Assembly (NCBI GenBank): GCA_934246625.1
Contig: CAKQHZ010000001.1
Location: 90,001 to 122,000, forward strand
Direction of reading: 5' to 3'
DNA from: an uncultured Alphaproteobacteria bacterium
Lineage (GTDB): Bacteria > Pseudomonadota > Alphaproteobacteria > Rs-D84 > CACZYB01
Length of the DNA stretch: 32,000 nt
The notes beneath the pieces were generated by a model, which was given only the letters and a program-made list of their open reading frames with translations, ran no database searches and was not told the origin of the DNA. How positions within the stretch are numbered: the first letter of the stretch is position 1; each line of letters begins with the position of its first letter. Positions 1-10,171 of the stretch are shown here, piece after piece. Both the position numbers and the translations under genes were made by a program.

Positions 1-106
1 ATTGTTTTACTTCCTTTAGTAATTTCATTTTTGTATGCAAGAAGATAATTTTAAAATAAACAATATGGCAATTTAAGTTTTTTAAGTTGCCATTTTACTT
101 TTTATA

Positions 107-2056
107 ATGAGAAGATTTTTTTTCAAATTTTTTAATAATTTTTGTATTGTCATAACATTTATGTTTATGGCTGAAAATTCTTCTTTTGCAAAATTACCAA
201 CTGTTATTTATGACAGCGATGTTAAAAATTATAAAAAGATTTTAGAACTTCAAGAAAAGGGACGTTGGAAGGACGCCGATAAGGTTATAAAGGATATTAA
301 AAACGATACTCTTATGGGATATGTTTTGTATCAAAGATATATGAGTCCTTACTATAAAACTCCATTTAACGAAGTAAAAGAATGGTTAAATAAATATTCT
401 GATTATCCAAATGCTATTGATATTTACAATCTTGGTCTTAAAAAGGGTGCAAAAAAGGAGCTTAAACGACCTTTGCGTGAAGCATGGCGAACACAATATT
501 TCAATGATGATTATAAAAACTCCTATCAAATGATTCAAAACTCATATAAGAAGCTTCCTAAAAAAAATAAAGATGAAGTCGCATATATGATAAAGATTTT
601 TAACCGCCGATTAAAACAAGGTTATACAAAAAATGCACGTCAAATTTTGGAAAATCCTCATGCTGTAAAATTTTTTGCACGAAAAGATTATTTGCGAATG
701 GAGGCTTATCTTGCATTTACTTACTTTTTAAATGGTGAAGATGATATGGCTATTCTTTGGGCAAGAGAACCTGCTGAAGAAATAAATTTTTATCTGGCGA
801 ATTGGACTTTGGGATTGGTTTATTGGCGTCAGGGAGATTATGTAAAATCCCGTGATTATTTTAAAAATATTGCATTCACAAAGCAAATACCTGCTGAAAA
901 TTTATCGGCGGGAGCATATTGGGCATGGCGTGCAAATGAACGAATTGAAAATGACGATGACAAAGATGATGGTGAATTATTTTTGGAAACCGCAAGTAAT
1001 TATCCAAAAACTTTTTATGGAATACTTGCAAATAAAAAGTTAAACAAAAAACTTGAAATAAATTGGGAAGAACCTACCCTAACACTTCAAAATGCACGTG
1101 AAATAATTTCATGGCAAGGTGGTGTTCGTGCACTTGCCCTTTTACAAATGGATATGAAAGAAGAAGCAGGCAAGGAATTAAAATTCCTTATCCATACAGC
1201 AAGTGATGACTTTTCAAATGAACTTATTAACGCGGTGCTTGCAATTTCTGAAACTGCAAATATGCCTCAACTTTCAATGAACATTGCAAATTATAAAAAG
1301 GAGTATGCTGATTATACTACATTTGCAAGTTGCACTTATCCAACTATTGATATTGAACTTAAAGACGGATGGCAAGTTGATAAGGCTTTGGTCAATGCAT
1401 TGATACGACAGGAATCTCGTTTTAATCCAAAGGCAAAATCTGCTGTGGGAGCAAGAGGTTTAATGCAAATTATGCCTGCAACTGCATCTTTTATTACTCG
1501 TGATTTATCATTAAGGAAAAAGCAAAAATCAAAACTTTATGAAGAAGAATTAAATTTGAAAATCGGACAAATGTATATTGAACATTTGCTTGCTTTTACA
1601 AATATAAATGGAAACTTGTTTAAATTCCTTCTTGCATACAATGCTGGCCCTGGAAATCTTAAACGCCAAGAAGAAAGAATTATAAATCCAAACAATGACC
1701 CATTGTTTTTTATAGAAGCAATTAACCTTAAAGAATCTCGAATTTATATTGAACGAGTTATGGCAAACTTTTGGATTTATCGAAACAAACTTAACCAAGA
1801 ATCTGAGTCTTTGGAAGCTGTTGTAAATGATGAGTGGCCTTTGTATATAAGCAAAGGGGATATTCCTGTAAATAATTACACAGAGGAAGATATTGAATAC
1901 CTTGAAGAATATCTTGAGAAAACAGAAAAACAAACTGAAGAAGAAAACAAATTAGATGAAAAGGAACAGGATGAAGCTGAAAAAGATGGTAAATTGAATC
2001 CATCTGAAGCTGAGCAAATTTTAGATAATAGCGAAAATCTAAATCCTGAAATTTAA
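107..2056 (+). CDS. slt: Soluble lytic murein transglycosylase (Slt70-like), exported, with an acidic C-terminal tail
   Basis: 649-aa ORF with a hydrophobic N-terminus. SLT catalytic region QESRFNPKAKSAVGARGLMQIMPATA is followed by LLAYNAGPGN. The long helical N-terminal part resembles Slt70. Confidence 0.85.
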   Translation: MRRFFFKFFNNFCIVITFMFMAENSSFAKLPTVIYDSDVKNYKKILELQEKGRWKDADKVIKDIKNDTLMGYVLYQRYMSPYYKTPFNEVKEWLNKYSDYPNAIDIYNLGLKKGAKKELKRPLREAWRTQYFNDDYKNSYQMIQNSYKKLPKKNKDEVAYMIKIFNRRLKQGYTKNARQILENPHAVKFFARKDYLRMEAYLAFTYFLNGEDDMAILWAREPAEEINFYLANWTLGLVYWRQGDYVKSRDYFKNIAFTKQIPAENLSAGAYWAWRANERIENDDDKDDGELFLETASNYPKTFYGILANKKLNKKLEINWEEPTLTLQNAREIISWQGGVRALALLQMDMKEEAGKELKFLIHTASDDFSNELINAVLAISETANMPQLSMNIANYKKEYADYTTFASCTYPTIDIELKDGWQVDKALVNALIRQESRFNPKAKSAVGARGLMQIMPATASFITRDLSLRKKQKSKLYEEELNLKIGQMYIEHLLAFTNINGNLFKFLLAYNAGPGNLKRQEERIINPNNDPLFFIEAINLKESRIYIERVMANFWIYRNKLNQESESLEAVVNDEWPLYISKGDIPVNNYTEEDIEYLEEYLEKTEKQTEEENKLDEKEQDEAEKDGKLNPSEAEQILDNSENLNPEI

Positions 2057-2057
2057 A

Positions 2058-2696
2058 ATGAGTAAAATTATTTCTTTTGATATTGAAAACAGTTTCGGTG
2101 AAAATTCTATTTGCTTTGGAATTGATGAAGCTGGTCGTGGTTGTTTGGCTGGCCCTGTGGTGGCTGGGTGTGTATGGATAAACAGACATACTTTTCCAAA
2201 GGAACTTTTATCAAAAATAAATGATTCAAAAAAAATATCTGAAAAAAAACGTGAAGAAATTTATGAAGAATTGGTAAACCTTCCACAAGATGTATTTATG
2301 TATGCATGGTGTGATATTGATAACAAAATCATTGATGAAATAAATATTTTACAGGCAACTCTTCTTGCAATGAAAAATGCATATTTCAAACTTCAAGAAA
2401 AACTTTCATTAAACCCTGATATTATTTTGATTGATGGGAATAAGGCTCCTAATATATCTCCATGTAAAACAGTGATAAGTGGTGATGCACTTTCTTACTC
2501 TATTGCTACGGCGTCAATTATTGCAAAGGTTAACAAGGACAGATTGTTAAATAAAATTGGTGAAGAATATCCTCAATATCAATTTTGTAAAAACAAAGGA
2601 TATGGGACAAAGGCACACTTAAATGCACTTGAAGAATTTGGAATTTGTCCTTATCACAGAAAAAGTTATGCACCAATTAAAAAATTTGTTAAATAA
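2058..2696 (+). CDS. rnhB: Ribonuclease HII
   Basis: Motifs GIDEAGRGCLAGPVVAG, DSKKISEKKRE, LIDGN and SIATASIIAKVNKDR. ATG lies 1 nt after the slt stop. Confidence 0.9.
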   Translation: MSKIISFDIENSFGENSICFGIDEAGRGCLAGPVVAGCVWINRHTFPKELLSKINDSKKISEKKREEIYEELVNLPQDVFMYAWCDIDNKIIDEINILQATLLAMKNAYFKLQEKLSLNPDIILIDGNKAPNISPCKTVISGDALSYSIATASIIAKVNKDRLLNKIGEEYPQYQFCKNKGYGTKAHLNALEEFGICPYHRKSYAPIKKFVK

Positions 2697-5600
2697 TTTC
2701 CATAAGCTCGGCATTTTCAAACCAAAGGATAAAAGTTTTCACATTACAATTTGGATAAATTGTTTCAATTATTTTTTTATAAACTGATAATTGTTTTTTA
2801 TACTTTTGTGGAACATTATCAATATTTGGAACAGAAATATCGGTTTTATAATCAATGATTGAAATTTCATTATTTGTAATTACCAGCTTATCAATACGAT
2901 AGGTTTTATTATTGTTTGCGACCTCTACCTCTGCAAAAGTATTATCACCAAAAATGAAATCAAAATCGTGATTTAATAAAATATTTTCAATTTGTGAAAT
3001 GATTTTTTCCTTATTATCAATATTTTCTTTTTCAAGAAGTTTTAATGCAGATAATTTGAAATTTTCCAATGATGTATTATGAAAACTTTCCAAAAGTTTA
3101 TGAATAATTTTTCCCTTTTGCAAAGATTTATTTTCTTCATCTATATCATAATTAAGTGGTGAAGTTACGACTTCATTTTCAGGTAAAGGAATTGTATTTG
3201 CAGATTTTTCAAACATATATAATGGAATATGTTTTGCAACCTTTGTTTCAATAATATTTTCAACCACAACATCAGCATCAATTTTTTCTGAACCAATATA
3301 TAAAACTTTGTTATCAATAATATCTGAGCCAACCTTTGTTAAAACTTCGTCTTCCTTTTCCAAAGCATAAGATTGCATAATTTGTTTAATGCAAGAATAC
3401 CATGTTTTTTCATTACTTCCTTCGGATGAGCCCCAACCTGTGATATAAAGTTTATCCCTTGCACGGGTCATTGCAACATACAAAAGTCGATAAAATTCTT
3501 CCTCAGATGAATCCTTTGTATCAAGATATATTTTTTTCAAACAAGAGGATTTTAAATTAGTATCTTTAAATATTGGAAAGTTATCGGTCCATAAAATTTT
3601 ATCCGTTAAACTTGAATTTCTGATATTCGCATCAAATAAAAATACGATAGGTGCTTCCAATCCCTTTGACCCATGCACAGTCATAATGCGAACAACATTA
3701 TTAACTTGTTCCATATCACGCTTTACTGAAATTTCACTTGATGAAAACCAAGAATAAAAATCAAATAAAGATTTTCCCATTTTTTCCTTATCATAATAAA
3801 GGCATTTTTGCATAAACTCGTTTAAAATATCGTTTATTATATCACCAAAACGAGAAATGAAATTTTTGCGTTTATCCTTTACCTTTAAAATATAATCAAA
3901 AAATAAAAATGGCGTTTTTATTCGTGATAATGAAATGTATTCTGAAAGTTCCGCATAAATATCCTTATACTCATCATATTTATTTAATTGTTCATATAAA
4001 GTGCCATTACGTTCATAACAAAGTTTAAACAAATCATCATCATTAAGATTGAAAATTGGAGATTTTAAAACCTCTGCCAAACTTAAATCATCATAAGGAG
4101 AAAGTGTAAATTTGACAAGTGAAATCAAATCTTCAACAACTATATTATTAGATAAAATCAACTTATCTTGACCTGAAACAGGAATATTATATTCATTAAA
4201 TTTTTGAACAAGGTATTTTGCATTTTCTCGTTTTTGCACAAGTATCATTATGTCCCTTGGTTCAACCTTTCGCCTCAAAGATTTTTCCGTTTTATTATTG
4301 TCATCAAATGGTAAAAAATCATTTTGCAAAATGTGTTTAATTTTTTTTGCAACTATGTCTGATAAATCGGCAACGGAATTTGAAATATGCACAACTTCAA
4401 AAGGTGGTTTTAAATAATTTGTTTCATCATTTTCATTTTTATTGATAAGGGGAAGAAGTTCAACATAACCATCATAATCTTTTCTGTGTGGGATATGTTC
4501 AATTACTTCGTTTTGTAAAAGAACACCCTTTACAATATCAGATTCATTTAAAATTTTATCGACAAGATTTAAAATATTTTTACATGAACGGAATGAACGA
4601 TTAAGTGGTAATTCCTTAAATACAAAATTTCCATTTTCCACACGATTTTTAAAATGTTTTTTATATTTTTCAAATAATGAAACATCAGCACCTTGGAATC
4701 CAAAAATTGATTGTTTTTTATCACCAACTGAAAATATACTTTTGATATTTTTTTCGGTTTTACCAGATGTAAAAAACTCCTCGGTCAAAACATCAACTAT
4801 ATTCCATTGCAAAGGCGAAGTATCCTGTGCCTCATCAATCAAGATATGAGATATTCCACCATCCATTTTGTAAAGTATCCATTCTGAAATATTTGGTTCA
4901 TGGAAAAGATGATTCACCGTTTCAATTAAATCAGAAAAATCCATCACATTATTTTTGTTTTTTAATGACTTATAAATATTGATAAATTCAAATGCAATAT
5001 CAAGTATTGCCTCAGTTGCCCTATAAATCTTAAGACAATATACAAAATTATTTTCATATTCAATTCTGTCTGCTTCACGAACAAGATTTTCAGAAAGTTG
5101 AGGATACTTTAGTGATATACTTTTATTAAGAATTGATTTTCTTTTTTCGTTTGTCTTTGTAAGAAAAAAATATTTATACATATCAAAATTTTCAACTTGC
5201 AAATCAATATTATCAAAAGATAAAAATTTTAAAATGTTTTCATATTCTTTTGTTTTTGTATTATAACCATCTAAAATTGAAACCATTTCTTTTAAAGTTG
5301 CAAATGGTATTTTTGATATGATATTTTTTATATACTCATTTTCATCAGCATTTACATCAACATTGTCAAAATTAGAAAAGATTTTTTTCTGAAGTTGTGT
5401 TTTGACTTCTTCAGCTGTTTTATATATCTCCAAAAGTGTGTTAAAATCTTCACGTTTTTTAATTATTTCTGAAATTAATTTTTCAAAAGTATATTGTGTC
5501 AAAATGCTTGTTAGATAATCAAATTGATTTGAAATATGGACTGCATTTTCATCTTTTGAATAACGAATTTTACACAAAAAATCCTTGTATGCTTCATCAA

Positions 5601-6087
5601 GTAATTTATCAGCATCAATATCATCAATCACAGAAAAGTGTGGTGAAACCTTTGCTTCAATCGGGAAACGTTTCAACACAGATTGGCAAAATGCATGGAT
5701 TGTATAAATTTTAAGTGGTATTGGATTATCAATAAGTTTTGAAAAAAGTTTTCGTGCCTTTGTTTTAAGTGATAGCATTTCACTTTCATCAAAATCACAC
5801 TTTTCAATATCAACGAAAAAAAGTTTTTTTATTTCAATTTCTAAATCAAAATCATTTATAACTGCCCAACTTCTTGCACGTTTAAAAATTCTGTCTTGCA
5901 TTTCAATAGCACCAGCATTTGTATAAGTAAGACAAAGTATTTTTGTTGGGTCAACATCAGATAAAAATAAACGCAATAATCGAGAAACAAGAACCGTTGT
6001 TTTTCCGGTTCCAGCACTTGCCGATACCCAAACGGAATAGTTTGGATTTGCGGCTTCCTTTTGATTTTGAAAAGAATTATCTTCCAT
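2689..6087 (-). CDS. addA: AddA-type helicase-nuclease (UvrD/Rep superfamily 1 helicase with a C-terminal PD-(D/E)XK/RecB-like nuclease)
   Basis: 1132 aa. N-terminal Walker A SASAGTGKTTVL. Helicase motifs LIDEAQDTSPLQW, VGDKKQSIFGFQGA, TVHGSKGLEAPIVF and LLYVAMTRARDKLY. C-terminal nuclease motif IDKLV...IIDYKTD. Confidence 0.8.
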   Translation of the reverse strand: MEDNSFQNQKEAANPNYSVWVSASAGTGKTTVLVSRLLRLFLSDVDPTKILCLTYTNAGAIEMQDRIFKRARSWAVINDFDLEIEIKKLFFVDIEKCDFDESEMLSLKTKARKLFSKLIDNPIPLKIYTIHAFCQSVLKRFPIEAKVSPHFSVIDDIDADKLLDEAYKDFLCKIRYSKDENAVHISNQFDYLTSILTQYTFEKLISEIIKKREDFNTLLEIYKTAEEVKTQLQKKIFSNFDNVDVNADENEYIKNIISKIPFATLKEMVSILDGYNTKTKEYENILKFLSFDNIDLQVENFDMYKYFFLTKTNEKRKSILNKSISLKYPQLSENLVREADRIEYENNFVYCLKIYRATEAILDIAFEFINIYKSLKNKNNVMDFSDLIETVNHLFHEPNISEWILYKMDGGISHILIDEAQDTSPLQWNIVDVLTEEFFTSGKTEKNIKSIFSVGDKKQSIFGFQGADVSLFEKYKKHFKNRVENGNFVFKELPLNRSFRSCKNILNLVDKILNESDIVKGVLLQNEVIEHIPHRKDYDGYVELLPLINKNENDETNYLKPPFEVVHISNSVADLSDIVAKKIKHILQNDFLPFDDNNKTEKSLRRKVEPRDIMILVQKRENAKYLVQKFNEYNIPVSGQDKLILSNNIVVEDLISLVKFTLSPYDDLSLAEVLKSPIFNLNDDDLFKLCYERNGTLYEQLNKYDEYKDIYAELSEYISLSRIKTPFLFFDYILKVKDKRKNFISRFGDIINDILNEFMQKCLYYDKEKMGKSLFDFYSWFSSSEISVKRDMEQVNNVVRIMTVHGSKGLEAPIVFLFDANIRNSSLTDKILWTDNFPIFKDTNLKSSCLKKIYLDTKDSSEEEFYRLLYVAMTRARDKLYITGWGSSEGSNEKTWYSCIKQIMQSYALEKEDEVLTKVGSDIIDNKVLYIGSEKIDADVVVENIIETKVAKHIPLYMFEKSANTIPLPENEVVTSPLNYDIDEENKSLQKGKIIHKLLESFHNTSLENFKLSALKLLEKENIDNKEKIISQIENILLNHDFDFIFGDNTFAEVEVANNNKTYRIDKLVITNNEISIIDYKTDISVPNIDNVPQKYKKQLSVYKKIIETIYPNCNVKTFILWFENAELMEII

Positions 6088-6093
6088 AAAAAC

Positions 6094-6309
6094 TTATAAA
6101 CCTCTTCCTGTATCCTTGGAAAATTTAGGTTGTGTATCTTCATACAATTTCTTTTTTAAAATATTGCATGCTTGTTCGAAATTTTTTGCCTCACCAACTG
6201 CAACCAATTCATCAGCACGTTCTGAAATAAGATCCAATGCTTGTTTATCAAATGTGAATATTTTATTAAGTATTTTTTCTTTTCTTTTTTCCTTTAGGTT
6301 TTCAAACAT
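6094..6309 (-). CDS. Hypothetical 71-aa charged protein, apparently translationally coupled to addA
   Basis: AGGGGA lies 6 nt upstream of the ATG on the minus strand. Its stop is 6 nt before the addA ATG. I recognise no family. Confidence 0.45.
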   Translation of the reverse strand: MFENLKEKRKEKILNKIFTFDKQALDLISERADELVAVGEAKNFEQACNILKKKLYEDTQPKFSKDTGRGL

Positions 6310-6408
6310 AAAAAATCCCCTAATACTTTGTTATTTTTGAAAATAATTATAGCATAAAGTTTTTAAATATGCTATAGTATTTTTATTCAAATAAGAGGGG
6401 GAAAATCA

Positions 6409-8799
6409 ATGAATAAAGAATTACAAAATTTAAAATATGTAAAGGAAAGATTAACTTATTACCTTTCTAAAATCACAAAAAAAACTATAAAAAAAGCAAC
6501 AAATAAAGATTGGTATGATGCTTTTGTTGCAATGATAAATAATGAACTTTTATCAGATGCGAATGAAACCGAAAGCAAAATTTTAAACAGAAAGAATAAA
6601 TTTGTTGCATATCTTTCTATGGAATACTTGCTTGGAACTTTGGGTAATCAAACCCTTCTTAATTTAAAAGCAAAAGAAATTTTCAGACGTGCATTTGACA
6701 GTTTTGGTGTAAAACTTGATGACATACTTGCTCTTGAAAATGAAACACAACTTGGTAATGGCGGACTTGGAAGATTAGCAGCGTGTTTTTTTGAATCTCT
6801 TGCAACTCTTGACTATCCTGCATTTGGCTATGGTTTATTTTATCGTTGTGGAATTTATAAACAAATTATTCAAAAGGGTATGCAAGTTGAAAAGCCTGAC
6901 CTTTGGATAAAAAAACAAAACCTTTGTGTAGATAAAAGAAAAGACATTTCTTATGATGTAAATTTCGGTGGAAAAATTGTAAGTGGCAATACCATTGAAA
7001 CAACAAAATGGGTTCCATCTGAAACTGTGAAATGTATGGCTAATGATATTTTGCTTGCTGGATACGAAGATAAGGCGACATTAAGAGTTCGACTTTGGGA
7101 AGCAGAAAGAAAAGATAAAACTACTCCTGATATAAAAAAGACAATTACAAACATCACCGATTTTCTTTACCCACCTGATACAACAAATGAAGGAAAAAGA
7201 TTGCGTCTTCGTCAGGAATATGTTTTGGTATCAGCATCTGTTCAAGATTTATTTGTAAGATTCCGTTCAACTGGACTTTCAATAAATAAAATTGATGAGT
7301 TTATGGCAGTGCAATTAAATGATACTCACCCTACTCTTGCAATTCCTGAAATAATAAGAATTTTGATGAATGATTATTGTTTTTCATTTGATGAAGCATA
7401 TAAGAAAATGTATAAAATTTGTGCCTATACAAATCATACTTTGATGGCGGAAGCATTAGAAAAAATTGGCATAGATTTATTCAAATCAGAGCTTCCATAT
7501 CATTATATGATTATTGAAAAAATCAATTCTGATTTTATGAATATGGCAAAACAAAAAATCGCCGATTGGAAATTAAATCGTGTTGAAATTATCAATTATA
7601 AAAAAGGTTATGTAAATATGGGAAACCTTTGTATGGTGGCAACACACAAGGTTAATGGAGTTGCAGAACTTCATTCAAAACTTTTAAAGAAAAAAGAGTT
7701 CCCTCTTATATCACAACTTTTCCCACGAAAATTTATCAATGAAACAAATGGAATTACTCAACGTAAATGGCTTTTGGAATCAAATCCAGAACTTTCAAAT
7801 TTGATAAACAAAACTATTGGTGATGATTGGATAAATAATTCGTTTAAACTTAAGGGACTTTTGAAATATAAAAATGATGAAGCCTTTTTGGAAAAATTTG
7901 CAAAAGTAAAAAAGAAAAATAAAGAAAGACTTTTTGCAATGATAAAAGATGAAGTTGGTATTACTCTTTCATCTGATTTCATTTTAGATTCACAAATAAA
8001 AAGAATACACGAATATAAACGTCAATTCTTAAATATTCTTCAAGTTATTGACAGATACAATCGTATTTGTGATGGTGATATTGAAGGATTAGAACCAAAG
8101 ATTTGCTTGTTTGCTGGAAAGGCTCCTCCTACTTATGATACAGCAAAGGATATTGTATCTCTTATTAACGATGTTGCAAATGTCGTAAATAATGATAAAA
8201 GATGTAAGGATTTATTAAAGGTTGTTTTCGTTCCAAATTACAATATTGGAAAGGCTCAACTTATTATTCCTGCAACAAATATAAGTGAACAAATTTCAAC
8301 TGCGGGAAAGGAAGCAAGTGGAACTGGAAATATGAAATTTGCACTTAACGGAGCTTTGACAATTGGAACATTAGATGGTGCAAATGTTGAAATCCGTAAA
8401 AATGTTGGTACAAAAAATATCTTTATTTTCGGTCTTAAGGCAAGACAAGTTTATAGATTAAAAGAAAAGGGATATGATGCTCAAAACCTTTATAATACTA
8501 ACCCTCGAATGATAAGAATCATTGAACAAATTAAGGGTGGTGTATTTTCAAAGGGTGATAAAAATAAACACGATACTGTATTAAATGCATTCTTCAACAA
8601 TAATGACGAGTATATGGTTTTGGCTGATTTTAATAGTTATGTTGACACTCAATTAAAACTTGATAAACTTTATACAAATCAAAAATTGTGGTGGAAAAAA
8701 GCCGTTATCAATGTTGCAAATTGTGGTTTCTTTTCATCTGACAGAACGATTGAAAATTATGCAAAAGATATTTGGAAAATAAAGGAAATAAAAGAATAA
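6409..8799 (+). CDS. glgP: Glycogen/maltodextrin phosphorylase
   Basis: 796 aa. Motifs LGNGGLGRLAACF, RIHEYKRQ, GKAPPTYDTAK, and the PLP-lysine region EASGTGNMKFALNGALTIGTLDGANVEI. Confidence 0.92.
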   Translation: MNKELQNLKYVKERLTYYLSKITKKTIKKATNKDWYDAFVAMINNELLSDANETESKILNRKNKFVAYLSMEYLLGTLGNQTLLNLKAKEIFRRAFDSFGVKLDDILALENETQLGNGGLGRLAACFFESLATLDYPAFGYGLFYRCGIYKQIIQKGMQVEKPDLWIKKQNLCVDKRKDISYDVNFGGKIVSGNTIETTKWVPSETVKCMANDILLAGYEDKATLRVRLWEAERKDKTTPDIKKTITNITDFLYPPDTTNEGKRLRLRQEYVLVSASVQDLFVRFRSTGLSINKIDEFMAVQLNDTHPTLAIPEIIRILMNDYCFSFDEAYKKMYKICAYTNHTLMAEALEKIGIDLFKSELPYHYMIIEKINSDFMNMAKQKIADWKLNRVEIINYKKGYVNMGNLCMVATHKVNGVAELHSKLLKKKEFPLISQLFPRKFINETNGITQRKWLLESNPELSNLINKTIGDDWINNSFKLKGLLKYKNDEAFLEKFAKVKKKNKERLFAMIKDEVGITLSSDFILDSQIKRIHEYKRQFLNILQVIDRYNRICDGDIEGLEPKICLFAGKAPPTYDTAKDIVSLINDVANVVNNDKRCKDLLKVVFVPNYNIGKAQLIIPATNISEQISTAGKEASGTGNMKFALNGALTIGTLDGANVEIRKNVGTKNIFIFGLKARQVYRLKEKGYDAQNLYNTNPRMIRIIEQIKGGVFSKGDKNKHDTVLNAFFNNNDEYMVLADFNSYVDTQLKLDKLYTNQKLWWKKAVINVANCGFFSSDRTIENYAKDIWKIKEIKE

Positions 8800-8801
8800 A
8801 T

Positions 8802-10115
8802 ATGAGTAAAAAAGACACTATATATGCATTAAGTTCAGCTTATGGCAAGGCTGGGGTTTCTGTGTTCAGAATATCTGGGCCTATGGCTTTGCCTATAATT
8901 GAAAAACTTACAAAAGGTAAAAAAATTATACCAAACAAAATGTTTTATTCCGGATTTTATAATCCAAAAAATAATGAACTTTTGGATACTGGTATGGCTG
9001 TATTTTTTAAGGGACCAACTTCTTATACTGGAGAAGATACTGTTGAACTTTTTACCCATGGAAGTATTGCTATTGTTGATGTATTGTATAGTGTCCTTAA
9101 TACCTTTAAAGATACACGATTAGCAGAACCCGGTGAATTTACAAAGCAAGCCTTTTTAAATGGCAGACTTGATTTAACACAGGTTGAATCTATTGCTGAT
9201 TTGATTGAGGCACAAACAGAATCTCAACGCAAACTTGCCCTTAAAAATGCAAATGGTGAGGAAGCAAAACTTTATAAATCTTGGCGTGATGCTCTTGTAA
9301 AAATACTTGCATGGTATGAGGCAAGTATCGATTTTTCCGAAGATGAAATGCCAAAAGATGTAATTGAAAAATCTGATAAAAAACTTGTTGAACTTGTATC
9401 TGAAATGAACAAGCATATCAATACAGTTAATGTGGCAACACGAATCAAAAATGGTTTGAATGTAGCAATTATTGGAAAACCAAATGTCGGCAAATCATCT
9501 TTGTTTAATAAAATTATTGGCGAAAACAAGGCGATTGTATCTTCGATTGCAGGCACAACTCGTGATGTTGTTGATGCAAGTATTGATATTGACGGGTTTA
9601 AAATAAACCTTTCTGATACAGCTGGACTTAATGAAAAAACATCAGATAAGATTGAAAAAAAAGGTATTAAAAAAGCAAACCAAATTGCAAAACTTGCCGA
9701 TATAAAAATTTATGTTGTTGATAATATCAAATCCATTGATGAAAAGAAAATTGATAAGGACACAATCGTAATTTTAAATAAGATTGATAAGAAAAAAAAT
9801 ATTGATGATAATAAAAATATAATTCCTATATCCGTAAAAAGTGGTGAAAATTTTGATAAATTTTGGAAAGTATTTACAAAAAAAATCAAAGAAAAAATGT
9901 CATTTTCAAATGATATAACTATGTCACAACAACGATATAAAATTGCTCTTTCAAATTGTATGAGTGAACTTAATCAGGCAATCAAAGAACAACAAATCGA
10001 TTTGAAAGCTGAACATATAAGACTTGCGACTGAAAATATTGGAAATATTACTGGTGAAGTTTATTTTAATGAACTTCTTGATGAAATATTTTCAAGTTTT
10101 TGTTTAGGTAAATAA
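8802..10115 (+). CDS. mnmE: tRNA modification GTPase MnmE
   Basis: DTIYALSSAYGKAGVSVFRISG N-terminus. G-domain GKPNVGKSSLFN / DTAG / NKID. C-terminal CLGK. I prefer the ATG at 8802, just after the glgP stop, to the track start at 8772, which overlaps glgP. Confidence 0.9.
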   Translation: MSKKDTIYALSSAYGKAGVSVFRISGPMALPIIEKLTKGKKIIPNKMFYSGFYNPKNNELLDTGMAVFFKGPTSYTGEDTVELFTHGSIAIVDVLYSVLNTFKDTRLAEPGEFTKQAFLNGRLDLTQVESIADLIEAQTESQRKLALKNANGEEAKLYKSWRDALVKILAWYEASIDFSEDEMPKDVIEKSDKKLVELVSEMNKHINTVNVATRIKNGLNVAIIGKPNVGKSSLFNKIIGENKAIVSSIAGTTRDVVDASIDIDGFKINLSDTAGLNEKTSDKIEKKGIKKANQIAKLADIKIYVVDNIKSIDEKKIDKDTIVILNKIDKKKNIDDNKNIIPISVKSGENFDKFWKVFTKKIKEKMSFSNDITMSQQRYKIALSNCMSELNQAIKEQQIDLKAEHIRLATENIGNITGEVYFNELLDEIFSSFCLGK

Positions 10116-10120
10116 AATTT

Positions 10121-10152
10121 ATCCCCTAGCTTTTGGCTGGGGGATTTTTTTT
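10121..10152. terminator. Rho-independent terminator between convergent mnmE and rodA, plausibly bidirectional
   Basis: atcccctagc (10121-10130) pairs with gctgggggat (10136-10145), with one T-G pair and loop ttttg. It is followed by an 8-T run. The upstream flank is A-rich with a short T stretch, so the other strand also reads a T-rich tract. Confidence 0.75.
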
Positions 10153-10171
10153 ACTTGATAAAAATATCAAT

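Noticed and set aside
1-106. Inverted repeat ATGGCAA (65-71) with TTGCCAT (87-93), and a possible minus-strand gene start (CAT at 26-28, reading MKLLKEVKQ leftwards)
   Set aside because: Only 28 nt of the putative gene are visible, and the AT-rich 7-bp repeat has a 15-nt loop. There is too little sequence to support a feature.
8772-8801. Track start of mnmE at 8772, overlapping the glgP 3' end by 28 nt
   Set aside because: The conserved MnmE N-terminus begins at the Met at 8802, immediately after the glgP stop. The upstream 10 codons are probably not translated.
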